This document shows positions 25,872 to 39,074 of a stretch of DNA of 64,000 nt, piece after piece. A program made the position numbers and the translations under genes. Location of the stretch: assembly GCA_951406725.2 (NCBI GenBank), contig OX597818.1:140430001-140494000 (forward strand), written 5' to 3'. Numbering within the stretch: position 1 is the stretch's first letter; each line of letters starts with the position of its first letter. The notes beneath the pieces were generated by a model. That model had not been told where the DNA came from. It was given only the letters and a program-made list of their open reading frames with translations, and made no database searches. Source of the DNA: Octopus vulgaris (taxonomy: Eukaryota).

Positions 25872-26070
25872 CAATATTAAATCTCTGATCGGGAAGTAAA
25901 CAGTAGCAGCACGGAATCGTGAAGTATATTTGCCACCTAAATGTGGCGGTCCCATAGGGACAATAGCCCCAGGAAGACATCTCCTCCAGCTGGCTCACGA
26001 CACACTGTCTGTGTCTGATTAGTATTTGCGAAGGGAAAATCATTGTTCCCATCTCTAGCCTTACGCGATA

Positions 26071-26115
26071 CACACAGACCCAGGTTTCTGAGTAGTAATC
26101 CGTCATCAGTGTCTG
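26071..26115 (-). ncRNA. Type-I hammerhead motif (intact core, weakened stem II)
   Basis: Minus: cagaca-CTGATGA-cggattactactca-GAAA-cctggg-TC^tgtgtg. Confidence 0.65.
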
Positions 26116-26522
26116 ATAATCACCAGCTAGCGATGAGAACTCATTCGAAACGCTTAAATACTATATGCTTTTTCCAGTGACAAACTGTTACTGATCTCGA
26201 AAAAGGAGAAAGAAGCAATGTTAACTCTCTGAGCGAGAATTCAACAGTAGCAAATACTAATCAGACACAGACAGTGTGTCGTTAGCCAGCTGAAGAATAT
26301 GTTTTTCTGGGGCTATAAACAACAGTAGCATCGTCCTCTATGGGACCGCCACATTTAGGTGGCAAATATACTTCACGATTCCGTGCTGCTTCTGTTTACT
26401 TCTAGCTCAGAGATTTAATATTGCTTCTTTCTCCTTTTTCGATGTTGGCGACAGTTTGTCACTGGAAAAACCATGTAGTATTTTGCATTTGGAATGAGTT
26501 CTCATCCCTAGCTGGTGATTAT

Positions 26523-26567
26523 CAGACACTGATGATGGGTTACTACCCAAAAGCCCGGGTCTCTGTG
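26523..26567 (+). ncRNA. Type-I hammerhead motif (GAAA mutated to AAAG)
   Basis: cagaca-CTGATGA-tgggt(tact)accca-AAAG-cccggg-TC^tctgtg. Perfect 5-bp stem II and a palindromic stem III. Confidence 0.6.
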
Positions 26568-26714
26568 TATCACGTTAGGCTCGAGATGTGAACGCAAATA
26601 CTAAACGAACACAGACAGTGTGTCGTTAGCAAGCTGGAGCTTCTTGGGGCTATAAACAACAGTAGCATCGTCCCCTATGAGACTGCCACATTTAGGTGGC
26701 AAATATATTTCACG

Positions 26715-26748
<34 letters not shown>

Positions 26749-26875
26749 TGAGAGAGAGAGAAAGAGAGGTAAAGGTATGCATGTTTGGGTATTAAAAGAA
26801 TTGCAATAGTTGCCTACTGAGAAAATAACGAAATATGGAGTGTGTGCCTGTTGTGCTTGCGTGAGTGTGCGTAGT

Positions 26876-26930
<55 letters not shown>

Positions 26931-28037
26931 TGTGTGTTTGTGTGTGTGTATGTTTGTGCGTTTGTGTGTTTGCACACAACTGGCATGCATTAATACAAAA
27001 CATGCATACATGAATTTGAGATTCAAAAATCTAACAACCTTTCAAAAAATGAAAAAAGAAATGCATCAGAAAATTAAACTTCACTAACATGCTACAACTA
27101 TTTCTGCGATATTTTGACAGTTAAGCAATTATCTTGGGTAACTGAAAACCAACTCGTTCAAAAAGTCATTCTGTTTTCTTCAGATGCTTTCGTTTATACA
27201 AATTCTGTTCAACACTATGTAACTATAGCTGTTCCCTAAATTGCAAGATTCCATGCACTCTAGGTATTAATATGAAGTTTGTAGATTGCTAGTTTATTCT
27301 GTCCCAGTACGAACTAATTTTTTTACCGCAATAACTGAACAAACTAATATTTAGATTACAAAGGTTAAAATAGAAAACTCCAAAGCATAAAGAAAAAACA
27401 ATTATGTAAAAATACCAATAAGAACCTCATCAGCATTTTCTTCTACGTACTAGACCATTGCCATCATAATTATTCTCTCCATCCATCCCAGAAGAGAATG
27501 CAGCGTTCTATAATAAATTATTTTCTCGCAAACCACACCCTGAACGCATCCTGTAAGAACTCGTAACTGTTTTGCGCATCGTCAAACAAAAAAAAGCTTT
27601 CGTTTGTTCGCTTGTTTGTTTGTGTGTTTGTTTATTTGTTCGCTTGTTTGTTTATGCAAGTCAGATCATATTCTACTTGACATTGTTTTATTCTAGTTTT
27701 ATCTATAAGCAATTTAAAAGGAATGCACTGAGGTTTACGACACAAGTGACAAACCAAATACTGAATTTTTAATGATATTTCATGGTATTAAGTAAGGAAT
27801 ACAAATGTCATGCAAGATCATTTTATTATAATCATCTTTGTCTCTGCTCTACCTCAACCATGAATATTTAACATTTTTATGTCGTTGCCATGCTGGAAAG
27901 CTACATGTGATATCTGAAGTCTTCTCCTCTAACTCAATTCCATTTCTCTAATGCTTTTTCATATCTTGTAATTGTCGCTCAGGGTTCAAAAGTTTTTGAC
28001 AGTGTCGATTGGATAATGCTACTTGAATGTTACTTCC

Positions 28038-28330
28038 TTAGCCACAGGACACATCGTTTCCAGTTGGCTATGTGACACAAGCGTTCTGTGTTCTTCAGTT
28101 TTCAAACAGGAGAGACAAGCACCGCTGAAACTAGTCTCTGGATGCTGGCCTCTGCTAGGTGGATGTGCTTATCTCCCCTGTTTGAAAACTTAAGGAGACA
28201 GATCGCTTGTGTCACATAGATAACTGGAAACGATATTTCCTGGAGCTAAATAGCAGTAACATTTTTTCTTTTCTTGGGACTGCCACATTAAGTTGGCAAC
28301 AAACCATCACTTTATCGTGCCGCTACTGTG
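28038..28330. mobile_element. Diverged relative of the ~345-bp family forming an ~85-bp inverted repeat
   Basis: Arms 28038-28122 and 28165-28249. The spacer holds the HHR 3' half GAAA-CTAG-TC (28127-28136). 28235-28330 resembles 26303-26395. Confidence 0.7.
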
Positions 28331-28521
28331 TAAGTCTCTCTGCGTGATTTAGAACTGCAATATTTCTAATTTTATATTCATATGTATATATGTATACATA
28401 TATTTATATGTATGTATATATGTATATATAAATATGTATACATCTATATCTATCTGTCTAAATCTCTATAGACATATATATATATATATAAATAAATGAA
28501 TGTTGACATAAGTTCCTTGTC

Positions 28522-28602
28522 TTTCCTGATGAGAAGGCGGCATAATGCACCCCTTATTCCTTCGGAATTAGGAATATGCAGTCTTCGAAACATATGTCGA
28601 GA
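28522..28602 (+). ncRNA. Type-I hammerhead motif with a fully canonical core and an extended stem II
   Basis: tttc-CTGATGA-gaaggc.gcata..tattcct/aggaata..tatgc.gtcttc-GAAA-catatg-TC^gaga. Same ACATATGT palindrome as the 548-bp unit. Predicted cut after 28598. Confidence 0.75.
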
Positions 28603-28799
28603 ATAAAGGAATTTTGTTAAATCGTCGATCGACTCCATTCTTTCATTTATTTATAGTAAAAAAAACACACAAATTTCCACACGAAAACACGTGATCTCTG
28701 CCCTTGGTATGCAGCTTCAACCGTGTTTTCTGACGTGAATTTGCTACCCGGGTATCGGTTAACCGAAATATCCATACTAGGATAATTCATTCAACTACT

Positions 28800-28863
<64 letters not shown>

Positions 28864-29747
28864 AATATATATGTATATATATATATACACACACACAACT
28901 GCATGTATGCAAACAAGCGTCTACAAAGGGAAATATTATATCTTTTTAGTTCTCCTCGTCTCGCTCACATCCTCTCACTCTCCTTCATATTACATGAATA
29001 TAAGCATATATCTAAATTAATCTAAAGGTATGTGCGTGTCTGTATCGTGGATGTAAATACGTGCCTGTGAAGATTAGTAAACACATTTAATGTACTTGAA
29101 GCATACTTGTGCATTCCATTCTTAGCACTTCTCATTGACTATTAAAGAGGTGTGTAGAACTTAACGCTTTGTAGGATATTTCATTTCAAGGGATGCAGTT
29201 GAGACTGAAGATATGAAGAGAGACCGATTATACGTGGGAGAGAGATAGAGAGACAGACAGACAGACAGAGGCAGAGTGACAGACAGAGTACCAGAGACAT
29301 TGAGTGGGAGAGAGAAAGAGAGAGAACGAGAGAGAGAGAGAGAGAGAATGATGGTGGATTGTTGAATTTGAATGGTCGGATTTATGAAATGAGAGAAACG
29401 GTTTATGTAAGAAATGGTGGTGGCTGGGGGGGAATAGCCGATTACACCAGCCCCATTATGCAAGTAAAACTTATTTCACTATCACCGAAGACAATCGGAA
29501 ATCGAATCGACGATTAAATGTCCTTGAGCGTAATACCCTAACTATTTCTGTATTGGTTCCAAGAATACTCTCTCATTCGGTCGTATATATTATAAATATC
29601 AAATGAGGACATGTTTAAGAAATTTTACACCTTACAAGATCGTCTTGCTTACAAAAACGGCAATACAAAAACGGCGATACGTATTCAGACTTTTATTAGG
29701 CACAAGCATGTTTTATCACATTTTAACGGCGATAAAATAGAAATATA

Positions 29748-29910
29748 GGCGCAGGAGTGGCTGTGTGGTAAGTAGCTTGCTAACCAACCACATGGTTCCG
29801 GGTTCAGTCCCACTGCGTGGCACCTTGGGCAAGTGTCTTCTGCTATAGCCTCGGGCCGACCAATGCCTTGTGAGTGGATTTGGTAGACGGAAACTGGAAG
29901 AAGCCTGTCG

Positions 29911-29959
<49 letters not shown>

Positions 29960-30176
29960 ATGTTTGTGTGCCTGTGTTTGTCCCCCTAGCATTGCTTGAC
30001 AACCGATGCTGGTGTGTTTACGTCCCCGTCACTTAGCGGTTCGGCAAAAAGAGACCGATAGAATAAGTACTGGGCTTACAAAAGAATAAGTCCCGGGGTC
30101 GAGTTGCTCGATTAAAGGTGGTGCTCCAGCATGGCCGCAGTCAAAATGACTGAAACAAGTAAAAGAGTAAAAGAGT
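29748..30176 (+). mobile_element. SINE family A, full length
   Basis: tRNA-like head with A/B-box-like motifs (tggctgtgtggt; ggttcagtccc), internal (TA)n(TG)n, 3' (AAGAGTA)n tail, possible TSD aaatatag. Confidence 0.93.
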
Positions 30177-32625
30177 AAATATAGTTAACACTGATGTATT
30201 ATACTATACTCTACGCATTTTACACCTCGCTGTGTTACAGTATGCTCCAGAAGTATTAACAAACGCGTTTATTATATTACAAAGGAAATTTATTGAATAA
30301 AATCTAGTCCTTAAGCAAAAGAATCCTTGAAAACGTTATTAACCGAACCATGTAGTGCCTAGATATAGAATTTGTATCCTTTCTCTAAATTTCTGTGGTG
30401 GTTTCCCAGCGTACGAAGTCGTTTTAGTTACACTGCCATCAAGGACCGTAGAGCTAGGGCTAAGCTGAAACTACAAGTTCCAAATCTCTCATAAAGTGTT
30501 TCAACGGTTTACTTCTTGTTTCTTCCTTCACTAACATATAGTGAATTTGTGGCTGGTAAGAAAGTTTTAATACACATAACTCGTTTAATACTTTCGTTTG
30601 TAAGAGTGTAAGCTGAAAGTACGTAAATCTAGGATAGCTTTTTCTGTTTTACAGCTTGATACTTGTCGTTGTTTGCCGCCAAGATCATTGACAAGTCCTA
30701 TAATGAAAACCCTTATTGCAGTTATCCCCCAGTGTAGGAACACTCAACCCCGGACCATGTTGCTCATAGTGTTTTACCTTTTAAGAAAATGTGGTTTGAG
30801 GGAACTTACGTCTAAACAACTGCTTGTTTCATTAGTTGTTCATTTTAGTTTTGCAATTGCTGCATTTATATCTACTTTGATATGTAAGCCAAGGTCGTCC
30901 AGGACGTAGAGATTTACTATGAACGAAGGTGAGCTAACCGTTCCTAAGTGTACAGACATACTATTTCTCTGATTACATTATATAAATCATTTTTTTCAAA
31001 AATAATGCAGAGAGGCTTATTAAAGAACTGCTTTCTCTGCTGTCAGCATAATAGCAATCCTGACCCTTCCAGAGCTTGGTGTATTCGCAATCTGATCTCG
31101 TTTAATAAGATCGATAGAAAGTTACACCTGCGATTGTAGTTAATTGTATACATTCCATCATCACCTGCCTATTGTATATCACTATTATTTCGATAACTGT
31201 GCAGAACCAATTAATTCGATGCTGTCATCATGTCAAAAGTGTAAAATATGTCTGTGAATTAATAAACAAGTAGCATGCACTAAACATAAATGCAATATGG
31301 TCATTATACCGACACCTGCATGCATTTATACCTCAAATAGAAGCAGAAAATAGCAAACAAAAATCGTCCCGTACCTATAGCTGTCAAGCACAGAAACTAA
31401 AGAATAAAGTTGAGAACACACAGAAATATTATCAGAATGGATATTGCCAGAAAAACATCGACAAAAACGAATTACCGAACTAAATGCAATTTACAGGATT
31501 TATTAAACACAATCGAAAAATATACTTCACAAACTGATATGATGGAAGATAATCCATAATTCATCTAATAACGTAATCCAGGGAATAATCGCCCTGGAAC
31601 CGTAACCATATCAATTAATTGAAGAACTTAAACCAATAAACATTGCTACTTAAAGCCAACGCAACAATTAAAAACAAAACACGATTAAGATGAACTAAAA
31701 ACATGACAACAGAAAAGGAATCTCTTTAACTACCCAGTATCTGTCTCTTCAAAATATCACAAAAGACTAATCCAATGTACAATATAGCTATTAGATATAT
31801 ACCTTAATTAGAGAAAATGTAACTAAAGCTTTGATTCCTCCTAAAAAACATATTTAAAAATATATATATATATACTGAAATAAAACAATTGTAAAGAAAA
31901 TATTCACTATTTGAACATCATAGCCTACAGATGTTGTAAGGAAAGCAATTACCACTTCACCACTGTTCACCGCCAAAAGACCCATCGTAATATATGAGTG
32001 AGAGTCTAGAAACTACTCTCTAGTATAAGTGACGATGTACAATACACAATAATATATAGCAATCTATCCAAAATGTTGTAGAGTATTAACATTACTATTA
32101 ACGCTAATTAAAATTAATCATTCTAAAGAATTATATTAAGTTCCCACTAGAAATGATTCCATATTTTCTAGAAATATCATTATGTCTCCTCAAGCAACAG
32201 TTAAAACTTTTAATTCGCAATTTCCTAACGTAAGCATATTTTTCCATATGCATTATCAACATCTTAACTCCTCTCAAAAATATACTAACCTCATTTATAA
32301 CTCTACTGTTATCATAATTTGACTGGAGAACATGTTGCACCCTATTCTTAATGGAATTCTTCTTGATGTCCGAAGCAATGATGCAACATAGAAATTAAAG
32401 TTATCATTAGTATTACAAATTGTTGAAACAGTCGTTTTATCCATGCAAAGTATCTTGGCATCTAAATAGTTAACTTGAACTACAGTGTCTCCGTATCTGT
32501 TAAGATAAACTTAGATAAACTTAGATATGTTTCGACCAAAGATTGGTCCAGGCCATGTCTAACTTAATAGCACCACCTGATAGGATTATTCGAATCCTGT
32601 TTAAGTCAAGTTTTGTTCAAGTAGT

Positions 32626-32700
32626 GAGTTCTTGTTGGGTGAGTTGTATCAAGTTTTGTTCAAGTAGTGAGTTCAAGTAGTGAGTTTTGTTCAAGTAGTG
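32626..32700. repeat. Short tandem duplications of ttcaagtagtgagtt
   Basis: Direct reading of four overlapping copies. Confidence 0.8.
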
Positions 32701-33091
32701 TTAACTACGAGATTTTCTGGATACTTCCCGCTTGTAATTCTTGAGTTGAATAATATCGGTTTTATTTAATTTATTAAAAATGTGTTTGTGCATGGTGTTT
32801 AAGGACGGAGATGGTCTGGTATTGATTGGACCGTAATGTGGCGACGGTGTTTACATATGATGTGCGAGTAATGGAGATGATATACAGTTAAAATACATCA
32901 TTTCATTTCGAAAAGAGAAATACATTTCAATAAGTATTACTTACTCGGATATAGTCCAACACTTTTTCAGTTATTTTTGGCTCCATGTGATGTCTTTATT
33001 CCTGATATTTTTGGATATATTTCGGAGCAGTGTTTTGTCGCTCTCACATGTTAAACGTCCCCGGTGTATTATTCTGTTCATTATTATGTTA

Positions 33092-33092
<1 letters not shown>

Positions 33093-33155
<63 letters not shown>
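33093..33155. repeat. (ATT)n microsatellite
   Basis: Direct reading. Confidence 0.95.
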
Positions 33156-33157
<2 letters not shown>

Positions 33158-33235
33158 CAGCACAGCTCGATGTGACCCCAACATCATTAGGCTGTAGCTG
33201 GCAAAATAGCAAAGGAGCTCTTATATACAGTTCTA

Positions 33236-34050
33236 TATTTAAGAGATGAGGAATTATGTACATTATTTACATTATTTACATTTGACGGATATCTGTCCTC
33301 ATCTTATTTGTTGTTAACACAACATTTCGGCTGATAAACCCGCCAGCATTTATCGAGTGTCTTGAGGAAATTAATTGCTACTTTCACACGTGGGTGACGG
33401 ACTTCAGTCTTCATTCTCTGACCTTTGAGTTTCGTAAACTTCTTAATCTGGCGTGTCTTCACCATTTCAAATTCTTTCGTGTACGACTTTTCTAGATCTT
33501 GTTGGATTCCCTTTCTATCATCATCTCTGGTTATTTTTTTAGCCAATGAAGATAACCTCCCTTTGATTTCGTTATTTACTTGATATTTTTTCCAACGGTT
33601 GTAATGGATCGTCTCACGGACGAGGGTATGTCCTCTCCTTTCCGTTACTCTTCGAGCTTTATATGAATCCACTGGTGTCATTCTATTCAAGCCAGGTGGT
33701 ATTAGCTTTGAGTCTCTACAGCTACACAGGAAAGTTAAATGGTTTGAAAGACGAGCTAGTTTTTGATGGGGTTTCTCTATATATCTCCATTCAAGTCTAA
33801 TGTTGGTTCGGTATCGATTACATAATACAGTATTATATTTAAGAGATGAGGAATTATGTACATTATTTACATTTGACAGATATATGCTACTCATATCTGC
33901 ACTCGGTCTGTTTAAGGGGTTGTTGTGTCCTAGAATATGGGCTGCTTCTTGTAGTTTTTGCATTTTCCAGTAGTGTTCTCTGTCTGTTATTTTAACTTCA
34001 TCCCCCAGGGGAAGGTGGTCTCCATTACAACCATTGGAAAAACATCAACT
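33236..34050 (-). mobile_element. Penelope-like partial tandem: GIY-YIG C-terminal tail, terminal repeat, ORF N-terminus, terminal repeat with degenerate HHR
   Basis: EVKITDREHYWKMQKLQEAAHILGHNNPLNRPS resembles a PLE GIY-YIG C-terminus. KLARLSNHLTFLCSCRDSKLIPPGL resembles a PLE N-terminus. Direct repeat tatttaagagatgaggaattatgtacattatttaca at 33236 and 33836. gacac..gctg/cagc-c-GAAA-tgtt^gtgtt at about 33316-33362. Confidence 0.75.
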
Positions 34051-34166
34051 AAATAACGAAATCAAAGAGAGGTTATCTTCATTACTTAGGAAAATAACCA
34101 GAGATGATGATAAAAAGTGAAGCGCGGGCTACTGACACCAAGATTCCGAGTTCGATTCCAGGTAGT

Positions 34167-34202
34167 AACAACAACAACAACAACAACAACAATAATAATA
34201 AC

Positions 34203-34253
<51 letters not shown>

Positions 34254-34345
34254 TACAACAACAACAACATCGGTAAACTTTATAAATACCATAAAATCAA
34301 TAATAATAATAATGATAATAATAATAATAATATTAATAATAATAA
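34167..34345. repeat. (AAC)n/(AAT)n microsatellite
   Basis: Direct reading. Confidence 0.95.
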
Positions 34346-34349
34346 CAAA

Positions 34350-34845
34350 AGATACTGAAGAAGAAATGGAGAGAAAAATCACTTCAAGGCCAATACCCTA
34401 CAAGGTTTTACAGAGAGGAATGAGCCTAAATAAAAGCTAACAATGGCTCAAAAACTCTGGACTAAAAGCCGAAGCAGAAGGATTGATTCCCGCTGCACAA
34501 GAATAATGCCTGACTACAAACAACATAATAGAAAAAGGCCTCAACACTAAATGCAGAATGGGCAACCAGCACAAGGAGACTGTTGACCACATCATATCGG
34601 TCTTTCCAGTCCTTGCAAGTCTGAATATGTATATAGACACAATAAAGTAGGCAGTTGTATCCACTGGACAATATGCCAACATTACAAAACTGACAGCAGG
34701 TGATATAAGCATGGGCCAAACAAGGTACAAGACATCGATCAGGCCACAGACGTCTGGGATATGTCGTTTCAAACCGACAAAGAAACAAAATCAAAAGCTA
34801 ATCACCCAGATATAAATAGTCAAGGATTGGGGGAAGAAACACCTG
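34350..34845 (+). pseudogene. R4/Dong-like RLE LINE 3' fragment
   Basis: WLKNSGLKAEAEGLIPAAQE*, KCRM..ETVDHIIS, RHNKVGSCIHWTICQHY, WDMSFQTDK and NHPDI give a zinc knuckle plus RHN and PD motifs of the restriction-like endonuclease. Abuts (TAA)n. Confidence 0.8.
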
Positions 34846-35181
34846 CTTCTGGGTGTACATTTTGGCGTTATTGCTGCCTCTTTAGGCAGATCCCATCTGA
34901 CATGTGAGAATTTAGGCTATGTTTAGAAAACTAACACCACATGTATGACATTTTTTGGTTGGACTTGTTTTTAGTTCAGATGGGATGTGAAACGCTGTTA
35001 ATAGCACCCTGAGGAAGCAGAAATTAACACCAAACTTCACACCAAAGAGCAAAAATTTTGCAATATTCACGAAATATGCAGCAGAAATATATGTGGGTGT
35101 AGAAATGGAAAGACGTGATTGACACCGGAATAAAACTGGATATATAAATGTGTTCTCCTTATTAATATCTCACACGTGATC

Positions 35182-35438
35182 ACGTGACTGACCAGACCAT
35201 CAGATGTAGTTACACATCGCTGGTCACAATGCGTTCGCATTGTTTTAGCCTTCGAATGACGCCACCCCGCTGGCTAAGCGAGCAGGCCGACAGAAGAAAG
35301 AGTGGGAGAAAGAGTGGTGAAAGAGTACATCAGGGATCACCCCCCCCTGCCGGAGCCTCGTGGACCTTTTAGGTGTTTTCGAAACCGCGATCCTGCGACC
35401 GCGAGTCCGCTACCCTAACCACTAGGCCATTGCGCCCC

Positions 35439-35440
<2 letters not shown>
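35182..35440 (-). mobile_element. SINE family B head with alternative tail (type 2), internal deletion
   Basis: Head matches 41343-41520 and the tail matches 36779-36900. Confidence 0.85.
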
Positions 35441-35497
<57 letters not shown>

Positions 35498-35583
35498 TGA
35501 GATATATATATATATATGTATATATAGATCTATTCATATGACTATATCAGCACGATGTCTCATCAGTAGCTCTTTTAAGTGTG

Positions 35584-35621
<38 letters not shown>

Positions 35622-35805
35622 CTACATACAAGAAAAAGTTATGCGTCACTTGATATTTATACACGCTTGGATACCAGGGTAACATTTGTGTCTAGTTTGA
35701 ATGTTTTCCGATATTTACATAAAGTTATATATATATCTCTTTCAGTTGCCTGTATCATAAATATATATGTGTGTGTTTGTGTGTGTGTATTTGTATATCT
35801 ATCTA

Positions 35806-35854
<49 letters not shown>

Positions 35855-35923
35855 TGTATGCATATATATAGTTATAGATAGATATACAATATACAACTGA
35901 ATATACCTGTGTACGTTTGTGTG

Positions 35924-35954
<31 letters not shown>

Positions 35955-36257
35955 ATTGTGTGAGTGTGTGTATGGATGGATGGGTACACCATATTCTCGG
36001 CTTCTCTTCTAAGCTCCCAGCACAAAAGATTCTTTTTTTTTGATAATTGATTGATGCTCAGTCGTACATGTAGACTTAAACTCACACATATCCCAACCCC
36101 ACACACACCGAAGCAGAAACAATGTCAGTAGTGTATCCATGTCATAAATTGAATACATAAAAAGTATTTTTGTGCTTTTTCTCGCCCCTCGACGTGTGTG
36201 GTCTGTCATTATAAATATGTTCTTCCCAACATTGCTTCATTTCCTTATCTGTTAAAT

Positions 36258-36590
36258 CAGTGTTTCTTAACCATGCTTTTCTCTATTTCCTCCCATTACT
36301 GGAGCACTATTCTGATTACCCCCACATATGATAAGAATATAATGGTTTTACTTTTAAGACAATGTCTTACACAGCATTAACAAAAAGCTTTGTGATCAAA
36401 CTTCGAGAAAAGTCAACAATATATAATAATACATATACAAAAACATAATTGCTGATAATGAATATTTCAACGTGAAAATAATTTCTCACTGGAATCTTAA
36501 AATTTCTACTCTCCATCCTTTTCCCTTGAAATCTCGGAATTTTTTGTTGGTGTGTATAGAAAGAATTCTTATTGGTTAAGAATTACATTC
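36258..36590. mobile_element. Possible decayed hAT-type MITE
   Basis: Imperfect TIR cagtgtttcttaacca / tggttaagaattaca. No clear TSD. Confidence 0.3.
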
Positions 36591-36744
36591 TTGTTGATTA
36601 GAAATTACATTCTGTCTAATACTTTGCTAAACCGTTTTCCCAGTAGAAAACATGCGTGTGTGCCCATTTAACTATAAGTGTGTGTGTGGCTGTCTAAACG
36701 TCTTAATTGAGCACATACCAACCGTAATCATCCCGTTATTTATA

Positions 36745-36775
<31 letters not shown>

Positions 36776-36778
36776 CCC

Positions 36779-37181
<403 letters not shown>

Positions 37182-37227
37182 GTATATATATATATGTATA
37201 TATGTATATATATATATATTTTATATA

Positions 37228-37259
<32 letters not shown>

Positions 37260-37864
37260 CTTTACATATTCATGCTTATTTATACTTTATTTATTTCAGA
37301 ACTACCACCACGATATATTCGATTTTTACCATATACTCTTATGTCAGTCTGAGACTATGCCATCTTAAGGCATCGGCATTGGGTAGTTCTCTGGGATCCT
37401 CGTGGATCTAAGGGACCAATTCTGATCTATGTATGCTGTGGCTTACAACCAATAAAAAAATATACAATAGGGCTCTGATCACTGATTTATCTAAGGCCCT
37501 TTATACTGTAAAGACGGTCCTGGTTCGCATATCAGCATATCTTAACATGCGTTGTTATTGAAACTTAGCCTCAGATCAGTTGTGACCAGGCATATTATCA
37601 ATGGTATTTTGTCTTAGGATAAATTCACGTTATATCGTTTCGTTTTCTATATCCTGAACCTCATTGGCACCATATACCTACCTACCTACCTATCCAAACC
37701 TAAATACCAACATACATACATACATACATACATACGGAATCCGGACAAATCCCCCTAGGACAAACCCTCTTGGGCAAAACACCCTTGGAAAAATCCACTT
37801 GGTAAAAATGCAAAAGTGGACAATACCCCCTCGGTTATATTTTTTGGGCTTTTTTCTTTCTTTT

Positions 37865-38020
37865 TTAATTGTTTCAGCCATTAGACTGCGGCCATGCTGG
37901 TGTACCACCTTGAAGAATTTTTAGTTGAGTGCATTGACACCAAAAGTTTTTAATTTCTCACTTGTTTCAGTCATTAGACTGTGGCCATGCTGGGTTACAG
38001 CCCTGAAGAATGTTTAGTTG
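37865..38020 (-). mobile_element. Two tandem SINE A-related 3' tail fragments
   Basis: ttgtttcag(c/t)cattagactg(c/t)ggccatgctgg..tgaagaat.tttagttg at about 37869 and 37961. Confidence 0.7.
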
Positions 38021-39010
38021 CACAAAAATCAGCACTTTAAAATTTAGATTTAAAGTGTTTTGTTTTCTTGTCTTTGCACTGAGAGATTAATGAGAATGAG
38101 CTGACCTTTTGAACTTTCTCCGACCGTTGAATTTCTAGCAGAATTAAGGAGCCGAGGGCTAGTCGTTCAAATGTAGTTCTTATCACTTTGTCTGAGTGGT
38201 GGTGGTGATGGTGGTGGTGGTGGGAGTTCTCCTACTCTCCATACATACATATTAATTTTCTCTGTCGTTTGTACTGTGTGTAACTTAGACCTATTAACGT
38301 AAATATCTATATATTCATAATTAAAAAATTCATCATCTGAGAGTGTACAGTTTTTGCTTTCTCTTATTTTTCAGGTGTACATATATACATATTTTATAGT
38401 TCATACCCAAAATAATATATATTTAAAACCTTTGATATATTTAATATTTGTGATATATTTTTTTCTCTGATTTGTTTATCCGCATAATTGCATCTACATA
38501 ATACATACATACATACATAGTCATTGGATCTGATATTTGTTGTTGACCTATAATAATGAAGGCGTGCATCCTTTAATTTGCTGCTTTTGCATATAAATAC
38601 CAAGAAGAATCTTGCGGAACAGGCGTTATTTTAACGATAGAGATCTTTTAATTACCTGAAGAGACACATCTACACCGACAGATACGCCTAAACCAGATTC
38701 TCAGTACTCAGTTATGTTCCAGTTTACAGCTAACCGTATCGAGCACTATTTAACGTCTGTGATTACTAGGAATTATCCCTCACGCTGCAAATTTCTTCGA
38801 TGGGTAATTCTATGTTCGCTTCACAAGACAATAATATTATCCGGAGTGTATATTACCAATAATCATAATGTTTTATATATATATATATATCCCTCATAGC
38901 ACTATATGTTAAACCACTTAATGTCATAAGCAGACAACTCGCTTCCATCTAACCAGGAACAAACAAAACACATACACTGAGCATGTGCGGTCGAGAATGT
39001 TTATATATAC

Positions 39011-39074
<64 letters not shown>

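Larger units (their letters stand above)
25871..26716. mobile_element. Head-to-head inverted pair of ~345-bp HHR-bearing units (about 1.05 units minus, about 1.3 units plus) between (TA)n tracts
   Basis: 25871-26233 is the reverse complement of a permuted 26250-26716. Internal period is 344 (25871/26215; 26265/26609). Confidence 0.88.
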
